A stretch of DNA of 64,000 nt from Reclinomonas americana ATCC 50394 (Eukaryota). The stretch is taken from positions 178,628 to 242,627 of the forward strand of contig PS015061.1 in NCBI GenBank assembly GCA_048213135.1, written 5' to 3'. This document shows positions 36,885-48,789 of this stretch, piece by piece. The number at the start of each line of letters is the position of its first letter. The first letter of the stretch is position 1. Position numbers and translations under genes: made by a program. The notes below the pieces were generated by a model that worked only from the letters and a program-made list of their open reading frames with translations, made no database searches and was not told the DNA's origin.

Positions 36885-39174
36885 ATGTCGAATGCCGCAC
36901 GCAAGTCGTTTGCGCCCGATGACATTGCCTTTTGTGATGATGATGATGAGGATGATGACGACGATGAGAGTGTGAGGAGAGTGGTGGTGATGATGGAAGA
37001 CGAGGAGGAGGAGGAGGAGGAGGAGGAGGAGGATGAAGAGGAGGATGAGGTGGGACGTGGTGTGTGGCGAAAGGGCACGCCGTATCGTGCGGATGGTGGT
37101 GATGGTGATGGCGATGAGGATGAGGGTGAGGGTGATGAGGGTGATGAAGGAGCAGAGGAAGAGACGCGACTCCGCGATGCCAGCGGCGATGTGATCTTGT
37201 TTGATGAGAGCTCGCCGTCGTACAATCTGCGTGTGTCGGGCACGCACATGTATCCGGTGACGGTGCAGCAGCGTGTGGTGGCGACTCCGTCGAGCGCCGG
37301 CGGAAGGAGTGCTGCCGGTATGTCCTCTTCTTGTGGAGATGGTTGTGTGCGTGTTCGCAACTTACCTGGCACTCGTGCAGGTGCGGCGTCGGCATCGGGA
37401 GCGAGCGGCAGCGGCAGTGTCGGTCGGTTCACGCCCTTGGTGCAGCGCAACACTCAGCATCGGCGCAACTCACGATCCACTCGTTGCGTCGTTCAGAGAT
37501 CTGCCCTTGCCAACGCAAAATGTGCTCACTGCGCGGGTGATGTAGGAGGCAAGCGCTCGTTGCAGCGCACTGTCACACGGCCGCTGGCGACGCCCAGTGG
37601 AGTGCCGACACTGAAAACCAAGAGGCGGATTGATTTCTCGTCGCCGCAAGTGCCGCTGCCGTCGCCGCTGAGCGCTCCGCACCTCTCGGCCGTGCTGCTG
37701 CCGCATCCCATGCCGCCTCCGCCTCCCCCGCCCCCGTCCACGTCCACGTCAGTCACCACGACCTCCGTCACGATGCCTCACGTGCCGCCACCTGCACCGG
37801 CACCGTCATTAGGCGGCATTGCGTCGCTGCTGCGTCTCTCGTCGGCATCTGCGTCACCACCTGCACCACCGCCGTCGTTCCACCCGCCACCACCCTCGCC
37901 GCCACCTGCTCTGCCGGAGATCACCATGGAGCAGGTCGAGGAGGTGGCGAGTGACGACGAGCTCAAGTCCCGCTCACAGCGCTCCGCTCTGCCCTCGGTG
38001 GTCGCCGGTACGCAGCTGACACCGTCGTCGATTCCGTTTGGCCAGCTGAATGGGTTGCGTGCGGATGTGGTCTTCTGTTCCTCTGCCTGCTGACGCTGAC
38101 CGGCTGGTGCACGTGCGCAGCTGCACACCACCGCCACCACAAGCTCGACGCGCGCGTCGTCTCGACTGGAGTGAGCGAGTGGCCGCGGCCGTGCAAGACG
38201 ATGACATTGTGGAGGCCATGGAGACCACTGGTGCGTGTGTGTGTGTCTTTGCCTGCCTGGTCGTCGATGGTGCTCATCGCGCGCAGACGTTCCTCCACCC
38301 ACCGAGGGAACCACGTCCACCACGCCGTCGGGCTCCGAACAGCAGCCCGACGAATCGCAGGCCAAGCGCAGGAAGCTTCGTGCCCCCTCGACGCCACTCT
38401 CGGAGTTGCTAGAGGAGCTGCGACAGCGTTCACCGACGCAGAAGCGAAAGTTGCATGGCACTGGAAAGCGGGGCTCACGCACCGCCGTGCTTGGTGGTCT
38501 ATCAGCCCGCTTGCGCACTCTGCTGCAGAACGAAATGTCGGAGGTGGTGCTGTTCGGGCACGGTCGAACGCATCCTGCGCGTTGCGTTTTCTTGCCCTCA
38601 CCATCATCCCAAACACATTGCAGCGCGAGGCCTCAACGAGCTGTTGTGTGTGTCTACGCAGTGATTGCTGTCGATGCTGACTCGTCCAACTCATCCGCCG
38701 CCCTGTCGGTGCAACCACCGGCGCAAGGTCTCCTCATTCTGCAAATCACCGACATTGTCATGCAGTTTGGTGTGCCGATTGTGGCCGGAGTCGTGGTTGC
38801 TGGTTTGTGCGATCTACTCGTGCTTCCCGTCGAGTGGCAGCTCTGCCACTTACTTCCCCCTTTCCGTCGCAGAGGATCCACCTCCGCCCACTACCAGACC
38901 CACGCAAGTCAATGTGAGCTTCCAGAAGGACGACTTTCGCGGCACCTGGCGACCAGGCGATCACATCCGCATACATCGACCGTGGTTTGTTTGTTTGTTT
39001 GTTTCACACACCCGCCTTTATGCTTCTTCCTCACTTTTCTCTGTGTGGGTCAGGCGAGAGCGCGTGTCGGAATACTTTCCCAACGTCCGGCTTCTGTTCG
39101 GCCCGCGGCTCTGTGGAGAGCCGAGCGCCGAGGAGATGGCTCGGTACCAGTTGTCACAGCAGCAGAAGCGGTGA
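36885..39174 (+). CDS. SPIDR-like (DUF4502-type) protein: acidic/Pro-rich disordered region plus one C-terminal OB-fold-like domain; about 8 exons
   Basis: GGLSARLRTLLQNEMSEVVLFGH, LLILQITDI, VNVSF, WRPGDHIRIHRPW resemble my recollection of the SPIDR segments GGLAERL..LQNRERS..LWRH and PQDTVRIFPPW. Confidence 0.55.
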
Positions 39175-39375
39175 GACCGAGTACAACTAGTGTTATTGCG
39201 AGAGAGAAAGAGAGAACGAGAAACAACACATTAGCACGGGATTCATTGAGGGGGGGACAGAGAAGGAGGAGAAGGGATTGGAGAGGAGGAGGGGATTGGA
39301 GGGGGTTCTTTTTCTGAGAGATTACAACAAAAACGGGAGGGGATCAAAACAACAATTATGCTAGTGCTCGTACTA

Positions 39376-41298
39376 TTACTGCGCACCACCGACGGCGGCG
39401 GCCTCGATTCGCCGCCGAATCACAGACTGCGGTCGTCGCCGGGGCGAGGCGGATTTGGAGCGCTCGCGAGTGGCGTACGGCAGTCGCGGATTGTCGTCGT
39501 CTTCGGCGCGCAATTGGGAACGGCACGGCGGCAGCACATCCTTCACCACGATTGCACTGGCGGCCATGACGCGCTCCTCCGTCGTTAGCGACATGTGATG
39601 TCGGTGGCGGCGCTTGCCACTGCGTGCGCGACTGCTCGGGCGGGCGGGCTCCTCCGCATGCTGCGCCGTGTCGGCGAGGGTGAAGGGTGCCGGCTTCTCC
39701 CAGGCCGACTGCTGTACCACTGCACACGTGAGGGAGGCCAGACCGCCACCCGTCGCACTTCCGCCACTGCAGCTGCTGGCGTCGTCGGCCGTGTCGGTCA
39801 CCGGCGGCAAGTGCTGGTCGGTCTCTTCACGGCGGCGAGCCGATTGTCGTACGGCGGTGAGCGACGACCGGTGCGATGGAGGTGACATGAGACCGGCGGC
39901 GACAGCCGAGGGTTCGCCATTGGCAGAGCCAGCTGCGGTGACATTGGTCGTCGACGACGTCAGGCGTAGATCCAGCATGCCTCGACGCGCCGAATTGCTT
40001 GCGCTCATGACATTGCGCGGGCGCATGGGTGGAGGCTCATAGAGTGCCTGTGTGGTGTGAAGAAGTGAGCGACAAAATAAGGTTCAAGAGAGAGATTATT
40101 GTCGTTGACGAAACCTGCAACTGGGCGTGTCGTTCGCTCATGGCCATCGGCGACACGGGCCGGCTGCGTGACGAGCGCCCGGTTGGCGACACGCCGTCAC
40201 GCATCTTCTGCGCACGCTTCATGCGGTCCAGCGACTCGCGCGCCTCCCGCAAGCTCGCCGACAGCGTGGCATTTTGCGACTCCAACGCTCGCACGTCGGT
40301 CGCCGACTGCAATCGAAGCGAGGCCACTGTTCGCCCGACCTGCTCGTGCTTCTGCCGCAGTTCCTCGCTCAGTCGCTTCTCCTCGCTCAGCTGCTGGAGA
40401 ATGCTGCGGTTCTCGTCGGTCAACGCACGCACACGCGATCGCAGCTCCGAAACTAGCGTGTCATTGTTCGACATCTTGGCGGACAGCTCCTTTCGCACGT
40501 CCTCCTTCTCGCGATCGGCCCGCGACGCCAGCTCGTCCCGCTCCTTCTGCAACGACTCACAACGCGCGCGCAACACATCCGCCTCCTTCTTCTGCACCAG
40601 CATGAGGCCCATGATGTGTGAGGTGTCGGTGGAGCGCGCCACCGCCGTCTCCGTCTCCGTCATGCGCAATTGCGTCTCCGTCAGCTTCTCCGTCAACTGG
40701 CGATTCTTCTGCTCCTCTTCGGCCAGCTGCAATCGCATTGTGGCCACCGATTGACCCAAGTTTGAAGCGCGCTGAGACAGCAGACGATTGGCTTCCTCGG
40801 CCTGCGCGGAAAACGAACAAGCACACTTGCCGATTGAGTGTACTGCGTTGCGTGTACAAAGAATGATACAACAATCAAACAGACCTCATTGCACCGCCGT
40901 ACAGCCTCCTCATTCTGCTGCTCCAGGTGGCGCACCTGCAAGCGCAACTGCGTGATCGTGTCGTGCAAGTCGGCGCCGCCAGTGACCAACTTGCGCGCGC
41001 GGGCCATCATGTTCATCGTCGCGGCATTGCCACTCGACGTGGGTGTCCCCGCCACCGACGCACTCGACGGCACACTGCCCATCGACGCACTCGCCACTCG
41101 CCTATCCAGTGCCGCAAACAGCTTGCGAATGCGGTTTTCCGAGGCCGCGATCGCCTCTTGCTGTTGTTGCTGTTGTTGTTGAGGAACAGGTTGCGCGTCC
41201 ACTGCCACTGTAGAGGCCTCGCGTGTGGTCATCAGTGATATTGTCGACGAGGACGCCAGCGACGCTGACGCCGTCTCTGACAGCGGCGACAGCGACAT
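39376..41298 (-). CDS. Coiled-coil protein of unknown function; 3 exons
   Basis: Long heptad-rich exons (LHDTITQLRLQVRHLEQQNEE; LAEEEQKNRQLTEKLTETQLR) joined in frame by GT-AG introns. Confidence 0.75.
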
Positions 41299-41471
41299 TG
41301 TCTTTTCTCGCCCGCTGACACAAAGAATTGTACTGTACTGAACAATAACCGTCGAAAAACCGCACGAGGTCTACATAAGCCACCAAATCGCAAATGTTGA
41401 TTGCGCTGGTGCGTCGTGCGTGCTTTTCCCGAGTGTATCCTCTGATGCAGAGGATAAGGCACGTGCGCGGG

Positions 41472-42224
41472 ATGGCGAGTGGAGGTGAAGGCGATGCGGA
41501 GACTGTGTGGGATACACAGGCCATGGCCTCGGATGAGGAGGAGGAGAGTGATGCACTGGATATGCTCATTGAGGAGGATGATGAGGTGTGTGCATGAGTG
41601 CGTGTGTGTGAGAGAGAGTGAGAGACTGACATGCACAGCGCGCGCGTGCAGTGGAAAGACATTGTTGCGATGAGTGATGGTGTGTGATTGCATGCATGCA
41701 TCCGCGTGTGTGTGTATCTCCACGCGTTCACTCTCTCTCTCTCTCTCTCTGTGCAGAGGAACCTGCACAGCTGGCGGATGGCGCTATGAGTGCAGAGCAC
41801 GAGCGGTGGCTGGTGGATGGTGCGCGCGTGTCACAAGGAATCTCTCTCTCTCCACTCTCATCACTCTCTGTCTGGCAGCAACCGATGAGACCTATGCGTA
41901 CATGCGTGGTCTGGCGGAACAGTGGCGATCGGCGGAGTTTGGCTTCACACTGGCGGCGCAACACGCCATCACTGAGCGCCTCAACAACATGACCCCTGCG
42001 GAGATGACTCGTCTGCGGTGCGCGCGTATTGCATGATGATGCACTTGCTTGCTTGTTCACTCATTCCATGTGTGCGTGTGCGTAGGGAGCACCAGGTGAT
42101 CTACACGTCGGGCAGCGCAGGGCCACCGCCAGATCGAGTGGATGTGGACCACAAGGACGGCACGAACCGGCGGTGGGCCGACTCGACTGCGCGCTGGCGA
42201 CTCGACTTTGAACCCAATGTATGA
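41472..42224 (+). CDS. Small acidic hypothetical protein; about 5 exons
   Basis: In-frame splice path MASGGEGDAE...WKDIVAMSDEEPAQL...TDETYAYMRGLAEQW...WRLDFEPNV-stop. Confidence 0.6.
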
Positions 42225-42230
42225 TGAGGC

Positions 42231-43200
42231 TCATGTGGTCAGCAGGGGAAGCAGCACAGCAGCGCGTCGCGGTTGCTGTCGCACCGCAGCGAGCACCCGT
42301 TCGCGATGTCTGCTCAGCAGGGCGCGACACAGTGCCAGCTCGTCGTCCTCGGCGCAGTTGGCGCGCGACATGCGTAACCGGTGCGGCAAGAGCTCGGCGA
42401 GCGCCCACTCCTCGAACCAGCGCGGCGGTGGTGGTGGCGATGCCGTCAGCAAGAGATGCACCACCACCGCCGTCTCCACCTCGTGCAGTGGCGGTGCGGC
42501 AAGAGCATGTGCAGGAATCGCCGACGCTGATGCCAGCTGGCCACGCAGCAGCGCCTGCCACCTCACCTCGTCGCCCACCGCCTCGTCCCACTCGTCACTG
42601 CTCTCCGCAAACACATCGACCGCATCGTCGCACAGCTGCGCCAGGCCTCCCGTGAGACGCGGCGGTGGCGGCACCTCGCGCAGCATGCCAAACAGCTCCG
42701 GGTACCACTCGAACGGCATCTCCCGTGCGGTGTGGATCATGCGCTGCGCGGTGGCGGTGCCTGCGACGGCCTGCTCCCCGGGGAACGGCTGCTCGGGGTC
42801 GTCGCTCACCGCAGTGCCCAGTGTCGCCGTCTGCATGTACACGAGCTGCAACGAGTCGTCCACGGGCAAGCCGAGCGGGAGAGGCCACTGTGGCTTGCTC
42901 GAGGCATTGCTGCTCGCCGGCAACTGCACGAGCGACGAGAATGGAACGTACAGGTGCTGTGTGGCGGGGAGAGACGAGAGGTCCTCGTGCATGCGCTCAT
43001 CACCGTCATCATCATCTGCGAGTGCATGTGTGTGAGCGCATGTGAGGAGAGTGGTGGCGGCACGAGCGTTCACCATCGGCTTCATCGGTGAGACTGCGGT
43101 GCTGCTGTTGTTGGAGGAGGCGCTGGAGGAGCGCAGAGCCAGAGACACCATCGTGTGACCACGATGCGGCGGCGGCGGCGGCGGGGTGGTGTGCGCTCAT
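42231..43200 (-). CDS. Hypothetical helical protein; 2 exons
   Basis: MSAHHP...LLQRLLQQQQH exon joined by a phase-1 GTGAAC..CAG intron to a long GC3-rich exon (MPFEWYPELFGML, RWFEEWALAELL). Confidence 0.65.
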
Positions 43201-43418
43201 TGGTGGAAAAATCGATGTCGACAGGACGTGATGGAAACGACAAAGCGCACTGTATACTGTCGGCGGCGGCGACGTGTGCCTCGCCGTGTGTTCACACGTG
43301 AGCCCGAGACGGCCGCACAGAGGGGAAAAAAGGCGCGGCGTTGCGCGTTCGCAGACAGATTGAGGGAATATAGGAAAAAACGACGGGGGAGAGAAGGGGC
43401 AAAGGCCGGCTTTTGCCT

Positions 43419-43596
43419 TTATGCTGACACGGCGTGGACTGCGGGAGGGAAGAGAGGGTGTGAGCACGTGCTGGCGCACGAGGGTGAAGAGGAGGAGGAG
43501 TGAGACGCAACATTCGCCCACGAGCTTGACGAGCTCCGGAATGGCCTGGGTGTGGAGGTGGTAGTGAGCGACGAGGGAGGGGGAGGAGAAGGAGAG

Positions 43597-43634
<38 letters not shown>

Positions 43635-44182
43635 AGAGGAAGGAAGGAACGAAAGAAACGGAAAACGGAACGGACCGACGACNNNNNNNNNNNNNNNNNN
43701 NNNNNNNNNNNNNNNNNNNNNNNNNNNNNNNNNNNNNNNNNNNNNNNNNNNNNNNNNNNNNNNNNNNNNNNNNNNNNNNNNNNNNNNNNNNNNNNNNNNN
43801 NNNNNNNNNNNNNNNNNNNNNNNNNNNNNNNNNNNNNNNNNNNNNNNNNNNNNNNNNNNNNNNNNNNNNNNNNNNNNNNNNNNNNNNNNNNNNNNNNNNN
43901 NNNNNNNNNNNNNNNNNNNNNNNNNNNGACTCACTCATGCGCTTCGCCACCTTTCCCTCCCCTTCCCTCCCCTTCCCTCCCTTTCCCTCCCCTTCCCTCC
44001 CCTTTATCCACTCACCCTGGCCGAGATCACCGGCAACACATACGACACCGCGACAAACACATCACCGCCGTCCTTGGCGAACTTGGTCACCGCAAAGCCC
44101 ACTCCCGTGTCAGAGTCACCCCGTCGCCCGTACACCAGCGGCGGGCTGCTGTCCGGATAGAACCTGCACAAACAAGTGACGA

Positions 44183-44223
<41 letters not shown>

Positions 44224-44957
44224 AGAGAGAGGAGAGAGAGGAGAGAGAGGGAGAGAGAGAGAGAGAGAAGAGGAGGTGTGTGTGAGTGTTGAGAGAGAGA
44301 GAGAGTGCGTGTGTGAGTGAGTGAGAGAGTGTGGTGTGTGTGTGTGTGTGCGAGTTGAGAGAGAGTGAGAGAGTGCGTGTGTGAGATTGTGTCACACGTG
44401 TGAATGCGTGCACGAGAGAGAGAGAGAGAGAGGAAAGAGAGCGCATTACGTGCATAAGAACTATGTATGTGTATGTACCTGCGCAAGTGCGTGAGCATGA
44501 GTGTGTGCACGTGTGCGCTTTCTTTCACGCCCCTCTCATCTCCTCTCTCATCTCCTCTCACATCTCTCTCCCTCATCTCTCATTCCTTCTCGCGCTCACT
44601 CACCGGAACACATCATAGTGCTCTCCAGCAAAGTTGAACCCGTTGGCAAATGCCGCGTCGTACGAGTCAAACACAGCGAGAATTTGCCTTTTCACACACA
44701 CACACACACGCACACGCAAACAAAATGAGCATCCTCACACACTCGCACTCTGTCTCTCTCTCTTTCACACACCTCACTTCCGCTTCTGACACCTCACAGT
44801 TGGCGTCCACCACTCGCCCAGAGCTCGCCTCCACCACCGCAAACTGATCAAACACGTCGCTGTTCGCCACCAACCGCTCACGAAGACTCGCCTGAAGACA
44901 AACGAGTGAGAGAGAGAGAGAGAGAGGGAGAAGAGGGAGCAGAGAGACACGCACCAT
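43419..44957 (-). CDS. Divergent profilin-like protein; about 6 exons, one intron contains an assembly gap
   Basis: Spliced product MASLRERLV...QFAVVEASSGRVVD...EVRQILAVFDSYDAAFANGFNFAGEHYDVFRFYPDSSPPLVYGRRG...GFAVTK...FVAVSYVLPVISARAIPELVKLVGEF has the size and pattern of a profilin fold. Confidence 0.65.
43683..43927. other. Assembly gap (N run)
   Basis: Run of n. Confidence 1.
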
Positions 44958-45004
44958 TCGCACTGCTCACACGATTGCAACAATCACACGTAGAATTTCA
45001 GCCG

Positions 45005-45510
45005 TAGGCAAGTGCTGTACATGCGTTTCTCTCTCCCTCTCTTTCTCTCGCAATGGGTCGGCGAGCCTGGCAGATCAGTTAGAGCCTCATCGACATCTCC
45101 CTCGCTGAACAGCACCTGACCAGTCGGCGAGGCATACTGTTGTACATTAGCGTTTCTCTCTCTCTCTCTCTCCCTCCCTCTCCCCCGTTCTCTCTCTCAG
45201 TGCGTCGGCGAGTCCGGCAGATCAATCAGAGCCTCATCGACCTCTCCCTCGCTGAATAGCACCTGACCGCTGCTGGGCGCGGTTGCATGTGTTGGTGAGG
45301 CATACTGCTGTACATTTGCGTTTCTCTCTCTCCTCCCTCCATCCCTCTCCCTCCCTCACCCTGCCTCTCCCTCCCTCCCTCTCTCCCTCTCCCTCTCTTT
45401 CTCTCTCGCAATGCATCGGCGAGCCCGGCAGATCGATCAGAGCCTCATCGACATCTCCCTCGCTGAATAGCACCTGACCGATGCTGGGCGCGGTTGCATG
45501 TGTCGGCGAC
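45005..45510. repeat. Three diverged tandem copies of a ~100-nt unique block separated by (CT)-rich tracts
   Basis: gtcggcgagccc/tggcagatc..tcagagcctcatcgacatctccctcgctgaa.agcacctgacc near 45054, 45201, 45412. Confidence 0.85.
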
Positions 45511-46409
45511 ATGCGGACCATGGTCGGAGTCTTGCCATGGACAGCAGACTTGGGGCACGTCAACTCCACCACCTGCCGAGCAGATCTCACCAGACCCTCT
45601 CTGGTGTGTGATCATGAGGTCCGGCTTGAGCCTGGCCAAGTTGGAGTGATTGCAACTGGCACACCACTCCATCGTCACCTTGGGGCGCCGCACCAGAGTC
45701 GCTTGAATGACGTTGGGCACGTTGTCGTTGGCGCGTCGTCCACAAGCCCTTCAGCTTTTCACAGCTGCTGAGCAAGGCCACAGAGTGTGGACGCAGACTT
45801 GTTGTCGTTGAACATGCCAGAGTTGGTCCGCATCTTGCAGGAAGCGCTGCTGCTCCTTCTCGCTAATGCCGTCGCCCAGCAGAGCCACCACGTCATGCAT
45901 CTGGATTCGGGCACCAACCTGCTGCAGAGAGTCGACAAAGGCACCACACTTCCGCAAGGCCTTCCTGCCTGCAATGTGACGCTTGGAGTGGAAAGTGTGA
46001 CATTGCCCAGGGAAACACAACACCATCGTCAGCCAGCCGCCAGGCGTCCGACAACCAGCAGCACCAGTCGGATGCACCCTCCACACTGACACCCGAGAGC
46101 AACCAATCAGAGTGGGAGCGAACAGCGTGCCGAGGAGCGCTGGGATCTGTGGCCACTTGTTGGAACCGACCAGCTGCATCAGCAAGCAACCACGGCAGCA
46201 CTCAGTAGAGGGACAGAGGAGTGACGAACGGTGCTGGCGATTGATGTCGGTACGCCGGTACCTCGTTCACCAAACTCGCAGTCTCAGCATTGGCGAGAAG
46301 TCATCAACACGACTGCCTTCACCAACAGCACACAAGCACGCAGTGGTATGGAGAGAAGGGTGCGAGCGCTGGGGTGCAGAATTGTCCATTTTATTACAAC
46401 ATCGCTGCG

Positions 46410-48677
46410 ATGAGTTTTTCTGCGCGCGTTCCCCATCGCCCGCGTCAACGGCCGGCCTCGGCCACACAGCGCAACTTTGCACTCAACTCCTCCTCTGCGA
46501 CACTCACCGCCATTGGCACCGCCGCAGCAGCAGGAACCGCATCGCCACCACCACACGGACCCAGCGCAATCATTGTCGCAGCGAGTAACGGCTCGTCAAC
46601 ACATTCGCGACCGCGTGGAGTGCGTCCATCGTCGGCACCCGCACAGAGGAGAGATGGAGGAGGTGGCGGCTTGTTGTCATCACCGACAATGACAGCAACG
46701 GCGACAGCAACGGCTGCGGCGTCGCCGTCGGGTGAGTCATCGTCGGCGATGCAGCCAGTGGTGGCCGTGACGCGCGCGCTCGGCTTGTGGCTGGAGCGGT
46801 CAGAGTCGCAGGCGTCGGTGAGGAGCATGAGTGGGCGCGACACGAACAGCAGTCGGTGAGTGTGCACGGGCGGCCAGTTGCGTTGATGTGTTGCTCATTG
46901 TGAGTGGCGGCAGTTCACGAGGGGGCGCGTCAAGTGCGACGCCGAGTGGGCGTGTGTCGGCAGCGTATAGCTTCATGCGGAACAAGGTCGATGTGGAGCA
47001 CATCAAGGGCGCGAGTCTGGCCACCTCGGGTCTCAGTGGAGGTGCGGCTCGTCGTTGTCTGGTGTGTGTGTGTGTGTGTCTCCGCTGTGTGTCTGATTCG
47101 CTGCGGCAGTGCGTGCGCCGGCGTTGTATACTGTGAAGCGCACGGATCTGGCGGCGTCGGCGTCGCAGGCGTCGGCCGATGGCAAGAGCTTCCGGTCGAC
47201 GGCGTTGGACTTGGAGGTCTCGCACTCGACTGTCCTTCGGGGATGCGCTCCACTGGCTCACTCCGCTCTTCACAGGTGAAGCTGTCGGAGAGGTTGCGTC
47301 GACTGGAGACGACGCTGCACGGGGAGGAGGACGATGATATCGTGCACGAGCAGATGATGACAATCTTCCGCGACACGTTTGACGAGGTCATTGCCAGCGA
47401 CACGGGTGCGTTGACGCGCGCACGCACTCTTGCGTGGAAGTGCACCGTGTCTTATATGCGCCCTTGCAGTGTTTGCCAATGTCTTGTCAAAGATCAAGGC
47501 CGCGTATGAGTCGTTTTCGCTGCCGAAAGACCAAGACGGGTGCGTGCGGATGGTTTCTCTGCCCTCCTCCCCTCCCGACTCAATGTATGTGTACGTGCAC
47601 ACAGCGTCAAGGGCTCGTACCGCGACCTGCTTGTCGAGTATGCCAAGATGCGGCGCATGCACGACGACATGGCTCGCAAGTTGCACGAGTCAAACGATCG
47701 TTTGGATCAGATGCAGATGGAGAACGACCACCTGCAAGAGTTGCTATCGCAGCGGCAGACCGACATCACGGCGCTGCTGGATCGCATCAAGGCACTCGAG
47801 CTGACTACACCACAGTACACGAGCGAGGCGCACAAGAAGTTGCAGGCGCTCGAGTTGGAGGTCGGCGGCTGTGTTTTCTTTTGTCCACTCGCTCGTGCTT
47901 TCCCTTGATCTCATGAATGTGTACAGGTGGAGGGTTCGGTGGAGAGATGGAAGGAGAGCGACAGTCCCTCACTCAGCTGGCGACCACCAGCAGATGGTAC
48001 GCATGCTCGTTGCTTTTCTTTTTTTGTTCTTGGCGCTCACTCTGTGGCGCCGTCGAGCAGCCGAGGACTCGGATAGTTCGGTGGAGGGCGACAACGAGTC
48101 GGGCCTGCGCGTCAGTGCTCGTGCCAGTGAGCAGATTCTCGACACATACACTGGCGATGTGGCGTCGCCGGTAACAGCCTCCAGCCTGCTGCCGCTGCGT
48201 CGCACACAGGCCGCTGGCGGCATGCCACCGACGACCACGTTTTCTGTGGACATTCGGCGCGCCGAGCCTTCTGCTCAGCGGCCCACCATTGCCGCCGCTG
48301 CGGCTGCGGCTGCAGCCGAGGCAGCAGCAGCAGCCGCCGCCGCCAGCAAGAAGCCAAAACGCGCCTCGTCACGCGGCAGCTACCTGCACGACGACATGGA
48401 GGACGACATGGGTACCGTCAATGTCGACGACGACATTGATGTCGACGAGGACGTGGACGAAAAGATCAGCCGCTTGCAAGCCGAGCACAGCAACAGCAGA
48501 GGAAACAGCCGGCCCAACAGCGCGCTGTCATGGGGTCCGTCGTCGACAAGCTCGTCTGCCCGTCCACAGAGCGCCTCCAGAAGAACAGTGGCCATCGGCG
48601 TGCCCCTGGTGGCCGCCGCGGCGGCAGCAGCACCCGCTCCCTCGTTCAGTGTGGCAGGGAGAAGCGTATGGCAATGA
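46410..48677 (+). CDS. C6orf118/TSNAXIP1-N-like coiled-coil protein; about 6-7 exons
   Basis: TIFRDTFDEVIASDT|VFANVLSKIKAAYE followed by a coiled coil resembles the TSNAXIP1_N signature; low-complexity flanks. Confidence 0.5.
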
Positions 48678-48789
48678 AACAGCAACTTCACGCCAATATC
48701 GAACCGTCCGCCTCCGCGTCTCTGACAAAACACTCACGTACTCGCTGACAGCAGAGAGAGAAGCGCGCGCAACACAAACACACATCACC

